A DNA stretch of 62,374 nt, filler included, from Choristocarpus tenellus KU-1152 (taxonomy: Eukaryota; Protista; Phaeophyceae): the NCBI GenBank assembly GCA_964200185.2. It is 9 parts of 9 records of this genome, joined end to end, with 100 filler letters (N's around TTAATTAATTAA, not from the genome) between each part and the next. Parts side by side here need not be neighbours in the genome. Positions count along the whole stretch, not along the records: positions 19,196 to 39,514 come from CAXNAD020000403.1; 8 more parts are not named here. The stretch is one strand, 5' to 3'. The position numbers and the translations under genes are program-made. This document shows, piece after piece, positions 22,974-37,400 of this stretch. The notes under the pieces are model-generated. The model was not told the DNA's origin. It saw only the letters and a program-made list of their open reading frames with translations, and did not search any database. How positions within the stretch are numbered: the stretch's first letter is position 1; every line of letters starts with the position of its first letter.

Positions 22974-25615
22974 CAAGCCATACGTGTAATGTGCAGTTCT
23001 TGGCTTTTGCTTTCAATTTTGGTTCTTGACAGAGATTAGTTTTAACCATTTGAGCCCTTGTGTCCTTTTTGGAGAGGTCTTCCTCTTTGCCCACCCTAAG
23101 ACCTTCCCACTCAAGCACGACCTGTTTCATTGGGCGCCAAGTCGATTAGAATGCTTGTCAGATATTGGCTTTAGGTATGGGTATGTTTGAAGCAAATGGT
23201 CAGCCCGGTAGATTGGCTTGTGTATTGTCCACCTAACAGATTGTACCCTGCACGTCTGGTAGAGATAATGTCGTGTTGAGGTGTGTGTGCCTGCCAGCAT
23301 AGTGTGTCGATTTTGGAAACATAATAGCCAAGGTGCAGGCAGAAGAAAGACGTTGCGCTGATGACTCTTCCTAGCCCTGCTGTATCCTCTCTGCCCCCCA
23401 CCCACCCCAATGAGAGAGGGCTATCTATCCTTTATCTTTTTGCAATCCGCTTGTCAACCATGGTTGCTGTGCATGTGCCAGATGCTGCAGTGTGGTTTTT
23501 AATGTTGGTGTGTGTGTGTATACCATGTATGTGGCACTTCACTGTATTGAATACTACAAGCAATGTTTGCAAGAGTGTGTTCTGAATCTTTGGGCCACCA
23601 GCAGGTCATGCCTGAGTGATTTCGCTTGTACAGTAATTGGAACAGTCCACTTGTGTATACGTGGCACCCACTCATTGTCTCTTGTCTCTACAAGATGTTT
23701 GATTCACGTTGCAGCTGTTGCTGCCTGTATTGGAGAGGTTAGTTGCCAGGTGGTATTGGCTTGGTGCAATCTTCTGGATCGTTTTTTACTTAAGTTGTGC
23801 ATGTTAGAGAGTACTTGCGTGTGCCATGGTGCGTCTGAGTTTTTTTCCCCGAGTATCCCCTTCATGATGCCCTCCTGCTGCCTTTTTGGGGACAGCTTGG
23901 AGAGCGTTCCTGCTAATGGGGTGGTGTATGTGATGTTGGCTTTCATAGTTGAGCCCTCCAACATTTCTGTGGCGTAATTTTTAAGTCTCTCTCTAGCTGA
24001 AACTGTTTTATTTGTAGGTATTTTTGTGACCATCGCTGCTCAAGTGGAGGAGAGACTTGAGGCTGTTTGGCACCTGAATAGTAGGAACAAATTGTTTTTT
24101 TCTTTTTTTAATACTTGTTTATTCAAAAGCAAGAATCGATTGTGTGTGATCAAAGTCATTCCATTCCTAACACTGAAGTAAAAAAACTTGATTTAGATAC
24201 GCAGAGTTGTAGTACTTTTTTTTCATCAAAGCTTGGCAGTAATCACTGAAGGTATCCTCATAATACTTAAATCACTCACTTACCTTCTTCAAGGTGACCT
24301 CATTGAGTCTCACAAAGACATGTCATGTTTTCGAAACTCTCTAACCACTTCCAAAACGACTCTGAAATGTAGTGCAGCACTTGAAAATTGGAGTACTGTC
24401 GTATCAACAAATGTCAGCAATAGCCACGGCATGGAATACACCAGGGATAGGAAGGCCTCTTTTACATGTTAGGAGGAGAGTATTGCTTCAAATTTTGATG
24501 GTTACAATGATGGGGGTGTTATGAAATAGTTGGGATATTGATACCAGTATAGCTGTGGGGATGAGAAGGGTCAATGGTCCTCCCATGTATCTGAACAAAA
24601 ATTCTAGGGAAGCGCATGGAATTAACCTAAAATAGCACACATGACGACATGCATCTCTTTTCCATAACAATATGCTGATCCAAGGAGTAGATGCAATGTA
24701 CTAGCCACATGCGCACTTTATGTTTTAGCCTATACACAACCCCCCCTACTCAATGAGGGTAACTATCTCCTTAGAGTGAATGACCATGGTTTCATCTTCC
24801 TCGCCTAGCCCACCAGGTCCTCCACTCATTAAGAAAACAGTGTTGAGAAGGGTAAATAAAGCTTGGGCACATGTATAGGATGCAATCTTGTTTCCAACAT
24901 TCAAGAAGAGACTGCTGTTAATAGGTTGTTGATGCTAGTGATCGTGGAGCAGTAAAGGTCACCTGGCTGTGCTACATGAGACCATGGCCAAGAAGAGGTG
25001 ATTATGCTGGTAACTATGGGATCCACCTGTTGCTGTTTGCTCTGGCAAATTGTGAAAACAAATAAGTTTATATGTCGTTGTGATCAAAACAATGATTAGC
25101 AGGCAATGCACAAATTATCTATGTTGGTACTAGCCAGCAGAAGGGAGTTAGTTGTATGTATGTATTGACTACACAGGCATCATTCCAATCATTTGCTCAA
25201 TTCTTTTCCAAATCGGTGAAACACCAACATGAGCAAGGCAATGGTGTACACAAATCACATGTTCAAGTCCTTGAAACTGTTCAAATACATCTGACTGTAA
25301 ATTGGCCCGCAGGCCGTCACAAAGCCAGTCCATTTATCACTTTTTACTACAAATCAAAACTTCAATATATGAAGGGGACCAAGAAGATATCGATGAAGTT
25401 TATGCCCATGATTGCAGTGATACTCTTTATTTTTCACACCCCGAAAAACAAGAAAAATAGATATTAAAACAGCAACCGCTATAGTGCAGAACATTCTCAG
25501 AAAATAATAGTTGGAACAGCATGACGCACACACATCACAAACACACACAGCAATGCCTCACATCTAAACATATAAAATCATCCAGCCCAGCAACATCATG
25601 AGAGCTACTCCTTTC

Positions 25616-28600
25616 TCATGCCTCTCGTCCCTCCCCCATCCGCAGCTGCCCCAGCACCCCATTACTCCTCAATTGACCGAATACTTGACATTGTGTTCCA
25701 TGGGCTGCCCAGAGCTTGGGAAGTCTGAGAAGGGATAATGTCATAGCCACAAGTAAAGCAAGAAGATTGGCTAGACCTGGAAGAACCATGCGGCTGGCAG
25801 GGTAACCATTGAGTCCACGACACAGAGGAGACACAACAATGTACACCTGGATGGGGTTACACAATAGGCGAGGGAGAGTCGCCTTGTCAATCGGAATGGG
25901 ATATTACTGGATAGAGCGGGGCAGGAGGGCACAGATGCTCTGGCAAGAGAAAGTCAGACCAAGGTTAGCTTTGGGTATAGCTGTAAGCAAACATGTATAG
26001 GGTTACTGAGAACATTGATATGTTGAAGTACCTCGACACACACATTAGAGCCGGTGCTGTCCTGCAATCGCACCGCATGTCAGAGTGACACAACAGGTTC
26101 ATTGCCTACTTGCATGCACATTGAGTGCATTCCTCAATAATTTGCCCCCCCCCACCCACACCATCGTTTGATGTTCCAAATTCGTTGTGATACTCAGCTC
26201 AGTCATGACATAACAGGCACTGCCATGTAGCCATTCACATCCACCTCAACAACACAGAAAGTTCAACAAACATCACACTCACCAAAAAAACAAATAAGCA
26301 CCCAAAGTGTGCCAGGCTCTCAACGAGAGGGTGTGGCAGTTTGCTTGATCTTGGCCCTCTGAAACCACCACACCGCTGACCATCATCACTCCCCTGTGCA
26401 GCCCCCTCCCCACCCGTTCCCATCTCATCTCCCCGGAGCAGCACCTTTTGACCCCAGGAAAGACCACACAAACTGTAACTGGAGGCCCTATCAGTTCCAT
26501 GGGTCTCTATGCCCACTCCAGCCTCTGCTGCCTTGGTAAACAACATTGACAGGTAAATACCTATGGAATTGTAGGGAAGGAATTGGGTAGGGCACAATTG
26601 TTGTAAATAGAGTTTCATCATGACACATCCCAAAAGGCCACAGTTTTCTTCCTGATACCAATCCAACCAGCAAGACACATGACAATTACCCAACCCCCCA
26701 AAAATGCTAGTGCCACATAAGCTATGATATGCACATGAACAGGACTACAGTGCTACATACTCTAGTGATAAAACTAAACCTGGGGACACTGCACAATAGC
26801 TAAGTATGCCTAGTACACACTTCGCATGATACACAGTAGGTTGGAGTACGTCTAGCCATGTTCAGAACAGGGAGGAACTAACTGCTTCTGGATCAGGTTG
26901 AATTGAAGCACAAAAAAAAATACATGAGACCAACACACCAACAGCACATCAATAGCACCTAGCTTCTACACAACCACCATCTGCATCCTCCAAGGTCTCC
27001 CACCTTCCATCAGCAGAGTCAAGGCCAGTCCCCTTGCAACAAAAAATGCCCATGATGCTTCTGGTTTAGCAGGACCAGGTATCGTACCGTTGGGCACAGC
27101 GCTAAATGCCATGATGACTGAACCTATTAAAAGAGAAAAACCAATTATGAGGTTGAAGAGGTTGCCAAGGAGGCTGTCCGGGAGGATGGCCTGAGAGGGT
27201 ATCTGCAAAGGCGGGCACAGAGAAAGCAAGGGGCATGGGTGGTAGGATGTTGTCTGTGAGTGCACAGCACAGCGATTGTAGGTATGAAACATATATATAT
27301 ATGGAGTACTTGAGTCAAGCAGCAGGAAAAGGGAGTATGGAGCACTCCAACTCATCCTACACTAGGCATTAGATTCCAGCTGCTTCAGTGATCTAGCCCT
27401 AACCCTTGTGATAAAATCAAGTGCTTCTACGGCTCGGAGGATGAGGGGGGGCACTCACCAAAAATCGAATGACAATACGCCTTGCCTTATCAAGTCCCCA
27501 CTGCAGCTTGCACCATCGCCTTTGCACCTGTGCAATGATTAGGACCCAAGTCACACATCACACATCACACAACAGTCGGCTTTGAAGGATGGGGATCAAA
27601 CAAAAACTGGGTATTATGGTATCGTGGCAATGACTTACACATGGTTCCACAAAATGCAGAAGACACCAGACACCATGTAGGCCAAGAAAAGATCAAGGCA
27701 GTGAATGTCCGGAATAGAGCACAGCAATTGAAAATGCACCTTAGAATGTAAAAAATAACACCTGGCTCGTACTGCAATCACAACAGAAAACGACTTCCGG
27801 CGGCACAGGAATGCCACGTTAAAAGACTACGAATTTGGTCACTTCTGTCTGCACTCCTTCCTCCCCCTTGATACTTCCTCCCAATCCACCTCCGTAACAC
27901 ATTTGCACACAAACAACGCACCAACCAAAGCAGACCACAAACAGCGATGGGAGTCAATCCTCTTAAAAGTTGACCCATCACACCACCCAGCTTTGGTCTC
28001 GAAAAGGTTTCACCCATTCCTCTCTGCCCAGACTCTGCCTTGGCATAGGAATCAAGCCATAGGTCCACGTATGGTAAGAATGGATACGCCCACCAATTCC
28101 TGCTCGATTGAACACATGCCGGGGAGGGAGGGACAGAGACTATTATAGATTATTATAGATTATTATAGATCTATGTTTACATACCTCTACAGCTGAGGGT
28201 GGTGGCAGAGAGCAGTGGAGTAGGAGCAGATAAAGAATGGAGGGCGCAAACTGTTGGTTCTGTGGTACCTTACAGTCACAAATATGCGGAAGTATAATGG
28301 AAGAACTTTCCACAGCATCCACTACTCTAACTGCACATGACAAACATCAAAAAACAACAAACAAACAAACAAACACAGCTGAGAAAAATTGCAGCTCATC
28401 AATTGCTGCCGTTACCACATGCACTAAAACAACTTTTGCCACCCACCCCAGTCACTCAGCACTGACCAGGGTTTGGCAGTTCCAAAAGTGAAGTGCAGGA
28501 TTTTAATTCGTTTGCGAAGGAGCCAATCAGAGGGGGCTCCCTCCACATCTTTGCCCTGCACTGCCTGCAAAAGCACTCAGTGAGGTTGATTCGATTGGCC

Positions 28601-31600
28601 TTGAGAAGAATTGCTGAATTTGAAGGGATGGTAATTATCATCCGACCACTTCTGACAAGTATAATAAGACTTTTATTTTTTACTTGGAATGGTTCAGACG
28701 TGTATCCTACTCCTATGCTGCCGTGAGTACCAAGGGATGTCCCTTCAATATCTTCTACATACCAAGACATCAAATAGATCAACTTTCCACTTCTGAAGAG
28801 CAGATCCAAACACGATATGCACTACTCTATGATATGCACTACTCTGTGATGGTACCTCAAACGTTCACACAGCATCAAGAGTCAATGTACCTCGAGCAAC
28901 AGCAATCATAATAGTATCGTGCTAAGATCAAGTGTTCTATCAGAGCTCAAAAAGTTTTGTGAGACTCCTTCATTCCACATCCACCTGCATTTTGTACAAT
29001 TGTACCAGGCATGGACCAAGGTACACCCACCAACCATGAAGCAGCACCAGTACACACTATAAAGAGGGCTGAGATTCAGTACACACTAACAACAAACACA
29101 TGTAAGGAGGGATGGGAGAAGAGAAGGTGACCAGGTTCCGTACCTGAGTGTCTCCGTCAACAAACAGCAGCGGCCAGTCTCCATTGTACCTCGTAGCCAG
29201 CCTCCAGCAACGCTTGTCCAAGATCCCCTCTCCCACTGCCAAATTTGCCCCCAATTCTGCTCGATGGTTGCCTACCTCACTGGGCTTATGCTCAAGGAGT
29301 ACTCTTTGTCCTCTGTGTCCACTCCCTTGCCCCAGTTTGGCTCCAGAGGAGTATGGCTCAAACGCTGGGCAAGCTGCAAAGGATGCATAGAAAGAATTAA
29401 GGAAACCCTGATCCCTGAGGGTGAGGGAAACCACACATCCAGGGGCGCAAGAGGGGACAGTAAGACAGACAGTAAGACAGACAGTGAGACAGGCGCTTCC
29501 CACGCCTAAATTTCATACCTCATACGGCCTTCAGCGAGAAGTAAAATTAGATTTCACTTATCTTAACTCCATGTGTGCAACTTAACTCCTCTTAACTCCT
29601 CCCAACATTTCATATCTTGCACTTCGACACAGAAAGGTTTCCGTCTTACTGTCGTCTACTTCCCCCACTTGAAACAATGTTTTCATTTCACCAGGCCATG
29701 ACCAGTCAAGACACTGCCCTCTGCGTAGGTGGATATGCGGTATGTGTAACTGACTTAGTGTAACTGACTTAGTGTATCAGGAATGTACACCACTAAAAAA
29801 AAATGCCATGATGATGGCCAAAATAACCATAGTGCTTACTACTTACGAGTGAAGCCCCTACCTGGAAAGAAACAGAATGCAAGAGACTTGTTGTATTGTT
29901 GTAACAAGAGTACACAATACATCCTCTCCCTTCCCGATAGCATACCCCTCAGAAGATTATTTTCTGTTGACCGTGCTCGAGAAATAGAAGCTTATCATAC
30001 CACCACTCTTTTTGCCTTATCCCATTTTGTCACTATTGCAACAAATGCTGATGATGCCAAGGTTCAAGCCTTCTCCCCCAATAATCTTGACCCCTTCAAA
30101 CCGAAGTGTACAATACATGAATCCTTTATATTCACTGACACACACCCCTAAGGTGACTCAACCCTTGCCACCCTGGAACAGTACCATCCAGTGCGACCAA
30201 CTACTTTCCTCCAAAGGAAGAGAACAATTATGTGAACAAACTGTCAGTGCCCTAATGATCAGAATGAACAGGAGGCTTTGGGTATCACTTCAAAAACCTT
30301 GGAGAGCCTACCTCAAAATCGACCATAATCATGGACAAATTGCAGATAAGCTGCCACTGCAATTAAAGATTGCTCAGTCACATCTTTTAAATTGAGCTCC
30401 TACTAATTCGGCCTTATCATCCTTCCAATCCAAACATGCAATAACCTGCATATGGGTGACTGCTTCTATTCAACAGAGAGAAGTAATAATGGAGTTCATG
30501 CACCTTTGCCACACTATACTCTTTTCCAATGCTGTTGGCTTACCCTCCAGTATAGGAATCCAGATCAGCAAAGTGCGAGTGCATCTCCTCATACATGCGG
30601 GCGTCTGGGGTGACAACAAGTACTCCAGAGTTGAGTAGTTCGGAGTGGCGCATCACAGCACAGAAGGGTTCACAGAGGAACAACTCATCCACATTGTCCA
30701 AAACCTATTGGGGGAAGGGTGTGTGGAGCAGGGATATGTTAGTGCATTCACACCTATATAAACGATCAGTCATAGAAATATGTATTATACAGCACAATGT
30801 AATTACATCCCATGTTGTGAAGGAATGAAGTGGTAGTAGGGGGTGGGGGTGGGGGTGACAAAAAGCTTTCACTTTGTTTTCACATCAGCTTGTCGGAACA
30901 TTAGGCGATACTATACTACTCATGCTGTACTACACAATGAGTCGCAAGTGGATGAGAGAAATGCAAATGGTGTGAACCGCACATGGTATTGCTACTGATA
31001 CAATCCAATTCAATACTAGCACAAACCATACTTACAACTTCGACTGTCAAAAGACCAACAACAAAAATTGTACTTTGTCCTCGAATTTCTTGAAAGGGTA
31101 GAAAAAAGGGAAGTTGCGGTCGAGCACGTGGGGTGGAAGGTGCCTGTAGCATTGGCACGGTCCGCACATTTAGTGGCATTGGGTGAAACGAGTGGCACAT
31201 GAGATTACACACAGCACATTCTAAAACGACACCAATCCGAAAGGGTGTCTGGAGGACTTGGAGCACCCTTAGTTGCAGCAGCCTCTACCGGACTATAAAT
31301 AAAGAACAACAGGGATAATCATCTCACCAGGGTGTCGGAGTCAAGGAACACAATGCGCTGGTACTCTGTCATGTTGAAGATGAGTAGCTTTGTGTAGACG
31401 AACACAAGACGGCTCTGGAAGTTGGCGTTGGGGTTCACCTCGACCTTCACCGGTCGCACACTGCACAGATATGTTCACGAAAAGGTGATAGTGGCAATGG
31501 TAGAAGGTAATGCCTCAAGAGGTCGAATGTTTGAGTGGTTACACTTTTGTGCTGCAGGTCGGGTCTTTATTCTTTGGATTTGTGTTAAATCACAACTTAG

Positions 31601-32051
31601 ATGGAAGCAACTCGCCCTGGACATTGATACCCACAGTCACTGCTCACATCCATCCATCTTTGGCTAGCGTCCTTCGGACTTCCTGCGTCACATCAGGTGT
31701 AACTAGTACTATCTTGTCAGCTGTCGTTCCACTGTCACGAAGGCTTTGCCCCAGAGCCCTTGTGCCTGCGACAAAGTTGCTGTAGAGTAGAGTCACAAAT
31801 GCTCGCCGTGGAAGATCCACCTCAAGCCCCCTCAGAGCTTCGGAGCCCTTGTGATCGATCGATGCGGTAACCGAAGGTAGGGCATGGTTCCAGTCCGGAT
31901 TAGTCACAGTTGGTGGCCAAATAGGGGACTGTATTTCCCGACTTGGATTACTGTCCTCGATTCTCAAGGCCTGGTCCAAAGTGATAACGGACGCACAGAT
32001 GGGACCAACTAACGACAACAGAGCATTGACCCAGAGGAATTTCTGGCGCAT
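25616..32051 (-). CDS. IPUT1: GT8 glycosyltransferase with N-terminal signal/anchor and C-terminal TM region; inositol phosphorylceramide glucuronosyltransferase (IPUT1/PGSIP6)-like, ~673 aa
   Basis: Ten phase-compatible GT-AG exons: 32051-31648, 31460-31328, 30704-30544, 29414-29144, 28564-28467, 28099-27922, 27527-27459, 27202-27004, 26560-26283, 25846-25616. Motifs AFVTLLY, RALGQSLRDSG, YTKLLIFNMTEYQRIVFLDSDTL (DxD), FCAVMRHSELLNSGV, SYTGGDQGFLNSFY and HFTFGTAKPWNWW, followed by several hydrophobic helices. The C-terminal exon boundaries are less certain. Confidence 0.85.
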
Positions 32052-32194
32052 AGCTGCCAAGGTCTTGGAGTATCATCGCATAATTTGGTCTTGGGTTGTT
32101 GAGATACAATTGTTCGTATTGTATAGACGTATCGAAAATAATATTTCGAAGACAGAAAAACTCCAACTACTATGATAAACACAAATTGACAACG
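32052..32194. promoter_or_regulatory. Putative bidirectional promoter (143 bp between divergent ATGs)
   Basis: The IPUT1-like ATG at 32051 (-) and the PRMT9-like ATG at 32195 (+) diverge across an AT-rich spacer. Promoter function is inferred from geometry only. Confidence 0.55.
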
Positions 32195-34376
32195 ATGGAT
32201 AATGGCAACTACCAGGATGACCAGGGTCTACGAGTCCTGGTTGCTGTGAGATCGGCGAGGGAGCGTGCGAAGGAAGGGCAACACGCTGCTGCGATTGGTA
32301 TCCTTTTACAGGTGATACCAGGATTTTCCTTTGGGATTAAGGATCTGAAGTTTCTTTGTCTTGCCATTCAAAATCATTTTCAGGTGTCTCCTGGACTTGA
32401 TTTTGGGCATTATAACAGTTGAACTCAGTATCGATGTTGCAGAGACCAGATACGATATTTTACTTGAGCCAAGTCAGCTCACCTTAGGTCAAATTGATGT
32501 CACCTACGGTGCAATCTGCAGGTACTGCACAGTGTGCCACAGCTTGCTGATGAGCTTGAGGGCGATCTAACTTATTCATTGAAGGAATATGGGGAACACC
32601 TCTTGGAAAGGAGACAAGGGGAGAAAGCAAAGTGGCTATATTCTCAGGTGGACATGCGCAGGTCACTCAAACCTCTTCGGTGTCACGCCTCCTTCCCCCT
32701 AGACCTTGGTGTGTGTCTTCGAGATGGTTGTGAAAAGGCAATCTTAAATGGCAACACATGGTAACAAAATGATAAGGAAATTAGACACTCTAGGGCCGAG
32801 TGACAGGCAGTCCTGGTAATATTCTTGACTGAGTTCCCACCAACACTGCTTTCTGGACTTGGCCCCACACGTTGAACTGTGAATTCGTCAGGCCATTCCT
32901 CTTCTTCGGTCTCCTAAGGCGTTGCACACAAACTTCGGTACGCTGCTTTACTCACTTGGCCAGGCTACAGCTTCTCTGCGGAGCTTTGAAAGGGTGAGTT
33001 GGGAGCTCCTCACTTGTTTCCAGGTTTTGACCACCACATGTCTGAAGAAAGGCGCGCATTTCCTGTCATGGGAGTAAGGGTCAACAACTTTGTTTTTGAG
33101 CTGACTGGGAATGATTGACCAGATTTACATGAGATTGATTGAAGACCCAAGGAATATCCCGAGAGTAGTATGTTCGTCATCCTACGATTTCAGTGAAGGT
33201 TGGCAAGCTGCAACCCCTCTGCCTTTCCCTGGTCCACCCAAGTTCCGCAATCTCGATAGGACCATACATCCACGTCCCTCACCATGTTGATGCCTTGACT
33301 CCTCTAGGAATGTCTGATCCCCATGAACCAACAAACCTTCCCTCTCCTCCTGCAACCAAGGCCCTAGAAATTGATTCCACCTACTGGCCAGCTCTTGAGA
33401 GTCTAGAAAATGTGAAGAACTTGGCCGTGGACCGGTGGCACTTCCGCATGCTGAATGACGGGAAAAGGAATCATGCCTATTGCCGTGCCATCTCTAGAGC
33501 AGTAGCCCAGGCCAAGGAGCGACTTTCAGAGGTTGGTGAATGCTGTTGTCTAACATCTATATCTCAAAGAGGCAATCAGTTGAGATCATGTCATCGTTCA
33601 GTACAACTTGTGCTAATCAACGCCCCTTTTCATACTGCTTGTTTCGGTAGAGAGAGGGAGGAGAATTGGGGGCGCTTATTTAGCATGACCTGCAATACAA
33701 CATGATGACCAATGAAAGCACCTATACATAGAGGAGGTCTCATTCACTTTCAGTTGAATGGTATCCTTAAAGTGCTCTATAATATGCTGTGAGCTGATAG
33801 AAGACATGTCAACATGGAGAGTAGCTGTGCCTCAAGCAGTAAACACAGCATCAGTAAATCCCTCCCCATCAGAAGACTTGGAAAATATTTGCTAGGCAAT
33901 GACAACTCCCCCTCTCCCATCCCACCCTATCGTGTACAAGTTGCATTGGGTTCAAAGAATATGCAGTATGTACAAATACTCTCCAAGTCTTATTTCTTCT
34001 TACTCAGCCCTCACCATTCCTGTCCAAAAATATGCTTTCCTAGGAGGCGGTGACAGTGCTGGACATTGGAACAGGCACTGGGATCCTGGCCGTTTTTGCA
34101 GTTAGGGCGGGCGCATCTCATGTGTATGCATGCGAGACCAACAGTGTGCTTTGCCAAGTGGCACAAGAAGTCATCCACAGGTGATTAGAAAATAGAGAGC
34201 CCCGTGGGTTGGCTGCAGCTAACATGAGATGCATGCCTGTGTGGTGAAGGGGGGAGGGGGGGGGGGGGGGTGGAAGGGGGAAAGGGAAAAGAGAAGGAGG
34301 GTGTGGGAAAAACCATCCCCACCCACTTTTACGACTGGTTTCCTTAAAANNNNNNNNNNGGGGGGCAGGGGGGGGT

Positions 34377-34416
<40 letters not shown>

Positions 34417-37400
34417 GTCAGGGGGTAAGTGACAAGAGTAGGATGGTGTGAGAAAGAGCATCCCCACCCATGTTCACAGCTGAGTTCCTTGAAAATATCT
34501 TTCTCCGCCTTTAGTAAATTGCTGATTTAGTTCCCACTTTTGTCTTGAATATCTTTTGTGGCGCGCATTGTGGGGAGCAAGTACCCCACAATGCAAGCTT
34601 TTCTCATCCCAGTCACCTCTTGTTCTGTATCATACTCCAGAAATGGGGTTCAAGACCGTGTGACAATAATCAACAAGGCCTCAGGGAACTTGATACCCGG
34701 AGTGGACCTTCCTTTGCAAGGCGTGGATATTGTGGTGACTGAACTGGTTGACTCAGGTCTGCTGGGGGAAAAAATCATACCTGTTCTCATGGATGCACGG
34801 GGACGAGGTTTGGTGTCGAAGGGAGGAGCTGTTGTGCCTCAGGTGATGCAAGTATGTTTGCTCTGGTGCCATGTTCAGTTGTGTGTAAGGGATCTGAGGG
34901 GGGGTTTGGGTGCTGAGGAAAGCATAGCAGTTTTCTAATGTTTTTACCAGGATGCCGTCGTCCCTACAACTTTGGATGGGTGCAGAATGTAGTCGGCGTA
35001 ATATGGAGAGGGGGGAAGTGTGTGTATTGCAAGTGTATTGTCAATGTATGGAATGGGTTGGTCCTTGTGAGATTGAGGTAATCGAGGCAGAGGAAGGGCT
35101 GAGTGATGCCATGGCAGCATCAAAATAATTGAATGAAGGTTTTGGCATAGGTACTCCAACAAGTACACTCATGCATTGAAATTGATAAAGGTAAATGGTC
35201 AAATCAGCTTGATCGTGGTCACTAGGTACGGCACTACTGTTGAGGTACCTTGAAAATACCTTGCCTGCAACAAGCTCTTCAGCTTGCTCGTGCTGTGCTC
35301 TCAAACACTTCTGTGCTGAAAGATCATTCCACCTGCACCAAAGGTCATTCTAGGTGAAATGAATTATGCCTTAGAAGTGGTGATAGGAATATGCATATAT
35401 ATATATATATGTATTATGTATGTCATTCTTATTTCTGGCTGAGCCCCTCATATGCCCTCCTTTCTGATTCAAATGTCTCCATACTTGCAGGGTGCATTGG
35501 TCTATGCTGCAGCGATGGAGTCAGAAGAGGTCCAAAAGCGCTCAACTCTACTTCCCAGTAGCCCTGCCGGCCTTGTCTCAGAAGGGATCTGCATGTCAAT
35601 TGAGGAGACATACACATGTGAGGTGCATTGACTGGGAGGGCAGGGGTGAGGGCATAAAGCAGTTCCTGAAATCACCCACCTTAGATGCTTCACATGCATC
35701 AAGTGCCATCCTTCTGGATCAGTGGTAATGTCTGTTGAGGTCTTTGCAGTCATTGCAATGGCAGGGGTTTTTTCAAGAGGCAATCAAACATGCTTTGCGC
35801 TTTAGAGTGTGTCAAGTATACACAATAACACACTGCCGAATGGAGGTACCAAGACCATATTGTTCATGCTGTGATGCACAGGCTAGGCCATTGCAAGTTC
35901 ACACCAAATACTATATTCTTACGATAAGTTGCAAGTTCATGTGCAAGTACAATATCTGTCCATTCCTGATCCATTTCCCGTTTTAAAGAGTTGAACACTT
36001 TTTCTCCCCTCGTTTCCCCCACACTGTCTATTTGCAGTGACCGTAACAGACCCTGTAAGTCTTGGTATCTCTTGTACCCGTTATGTAGAACACTGATTAT
36101 TGATGACAAGCACGAATATGCTCTTCTTATTAGACTATGATGTGCAGTCTCCCCAATCACCCCCTGTCACATTTTCCAGTGCACATTGTTCCTCTCTCAA
36201 GGAATGATGTGTTTTCAGCACGCGATATCCCAATAGACAACAGTCACACGCTTACCCCCCTAACAACACCAGTCAATGCATGGCTGAAGCAACACAATCC
36301 CAACACATACACACATGCGTCACTGGTTTTTCCCCCTTCTGGCCATATACAAGGACCTCAGTCGAGTTGAGCACCGCCTTCTCACAGTCCCTGCCCCTGT
36401 GCTGGAGGTAAAGTTCCTGGAAGATGGACTGGCATTGTGGAAAACACTTGAGCAAGAGGGAAATTCCCTCGTCACCATCCCTCCCACAGTATCACAACTC
36501 CCTGTGACGGCCTCAGGGCGAACTGATGCAATAGCTGTGTGGTTCGATCTGTGGCTTGATGATGAGAGAGGGGAAGACAACATTGTGTCAACAAGACCTT
36601 GTCCCCGAGGAGGAACACACACGTCTGGCTGGGCAAGTTTGTGGAGCATGAGGGGGAAGTTTTAACGGAGGAGTAGGGTGCTTTGATGTGTGGGGGGATG
36701 ACTGGGAAAGGGAGCTCAAATTGGCTTGAACTGAACCCAGCTCTGGGTATTGAAAGCAAGGTCTTCTGTATGAAGGTTGTTTTCTTGAACAGATGGTTCT
36801 ACCTTGTGTCTTTTAGATGAAGACTTCTTCCCTGTCCTGATGTCTTTTTGTACCTCCATTGTTGGACTATCTCACTCCCACCTACTCACTCATCCCCTAT
36901 CATCACATGCTCCCCACTTCCACCTCCATCAGGATTCAGGAATATACTTTTCCTCTGGAATTATGCTTAGAGAAGGGGAAACAGCCATCCTGGAGTCATC
37001 AGCAAGTGCAGACAGGCTTCAGTTCTACTTGAAGTCAGAGGCAGGGTCTTCGATCTTGAAGCCTGGACCACCTTTGTATGCTGGAAAGTGTAATGGCAGG
37101 GATGGTGAAATCAAGGATAAGCATGAAGGCGATGTTGTGAATAAGGATGAATATCTGCTGGGGGAGATGGATATGGCACGCCTGAATGATGACACTTTCC
37201 ACAAAGTCAATGCAGATGGGGTGGAAAGGGCACTCAGGACTTGCTTTTGCTTTCGTTCTGAAATGAGGACTGGCCCATCGACAAATCCCAAGACCCTTGA
37301 GCCTGCCGGACTTGCCCTCCATCCCGTCAATGCTCTCCACAAAGCCCCAATGTCCACCCCACTTGGTGTGTTGGACCTCTGTGGCTCGTGGTGCCTTGCT

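Noticed and set aside
23492-24033. 161-aa and 109-aa ORFs between DOCK and IPUT1-like genes
   Set aside because: No motifs. They lie in the probable 3' UTR/intergenic zone of convergent genes.
36804-36932. N-terminal extension of the 573-aa ORF as a standalone gene start
   Set aside because: Pyrimidine-rich intron sequence before the acceptor at 36932. The ORF is the last PRMT9 exon.
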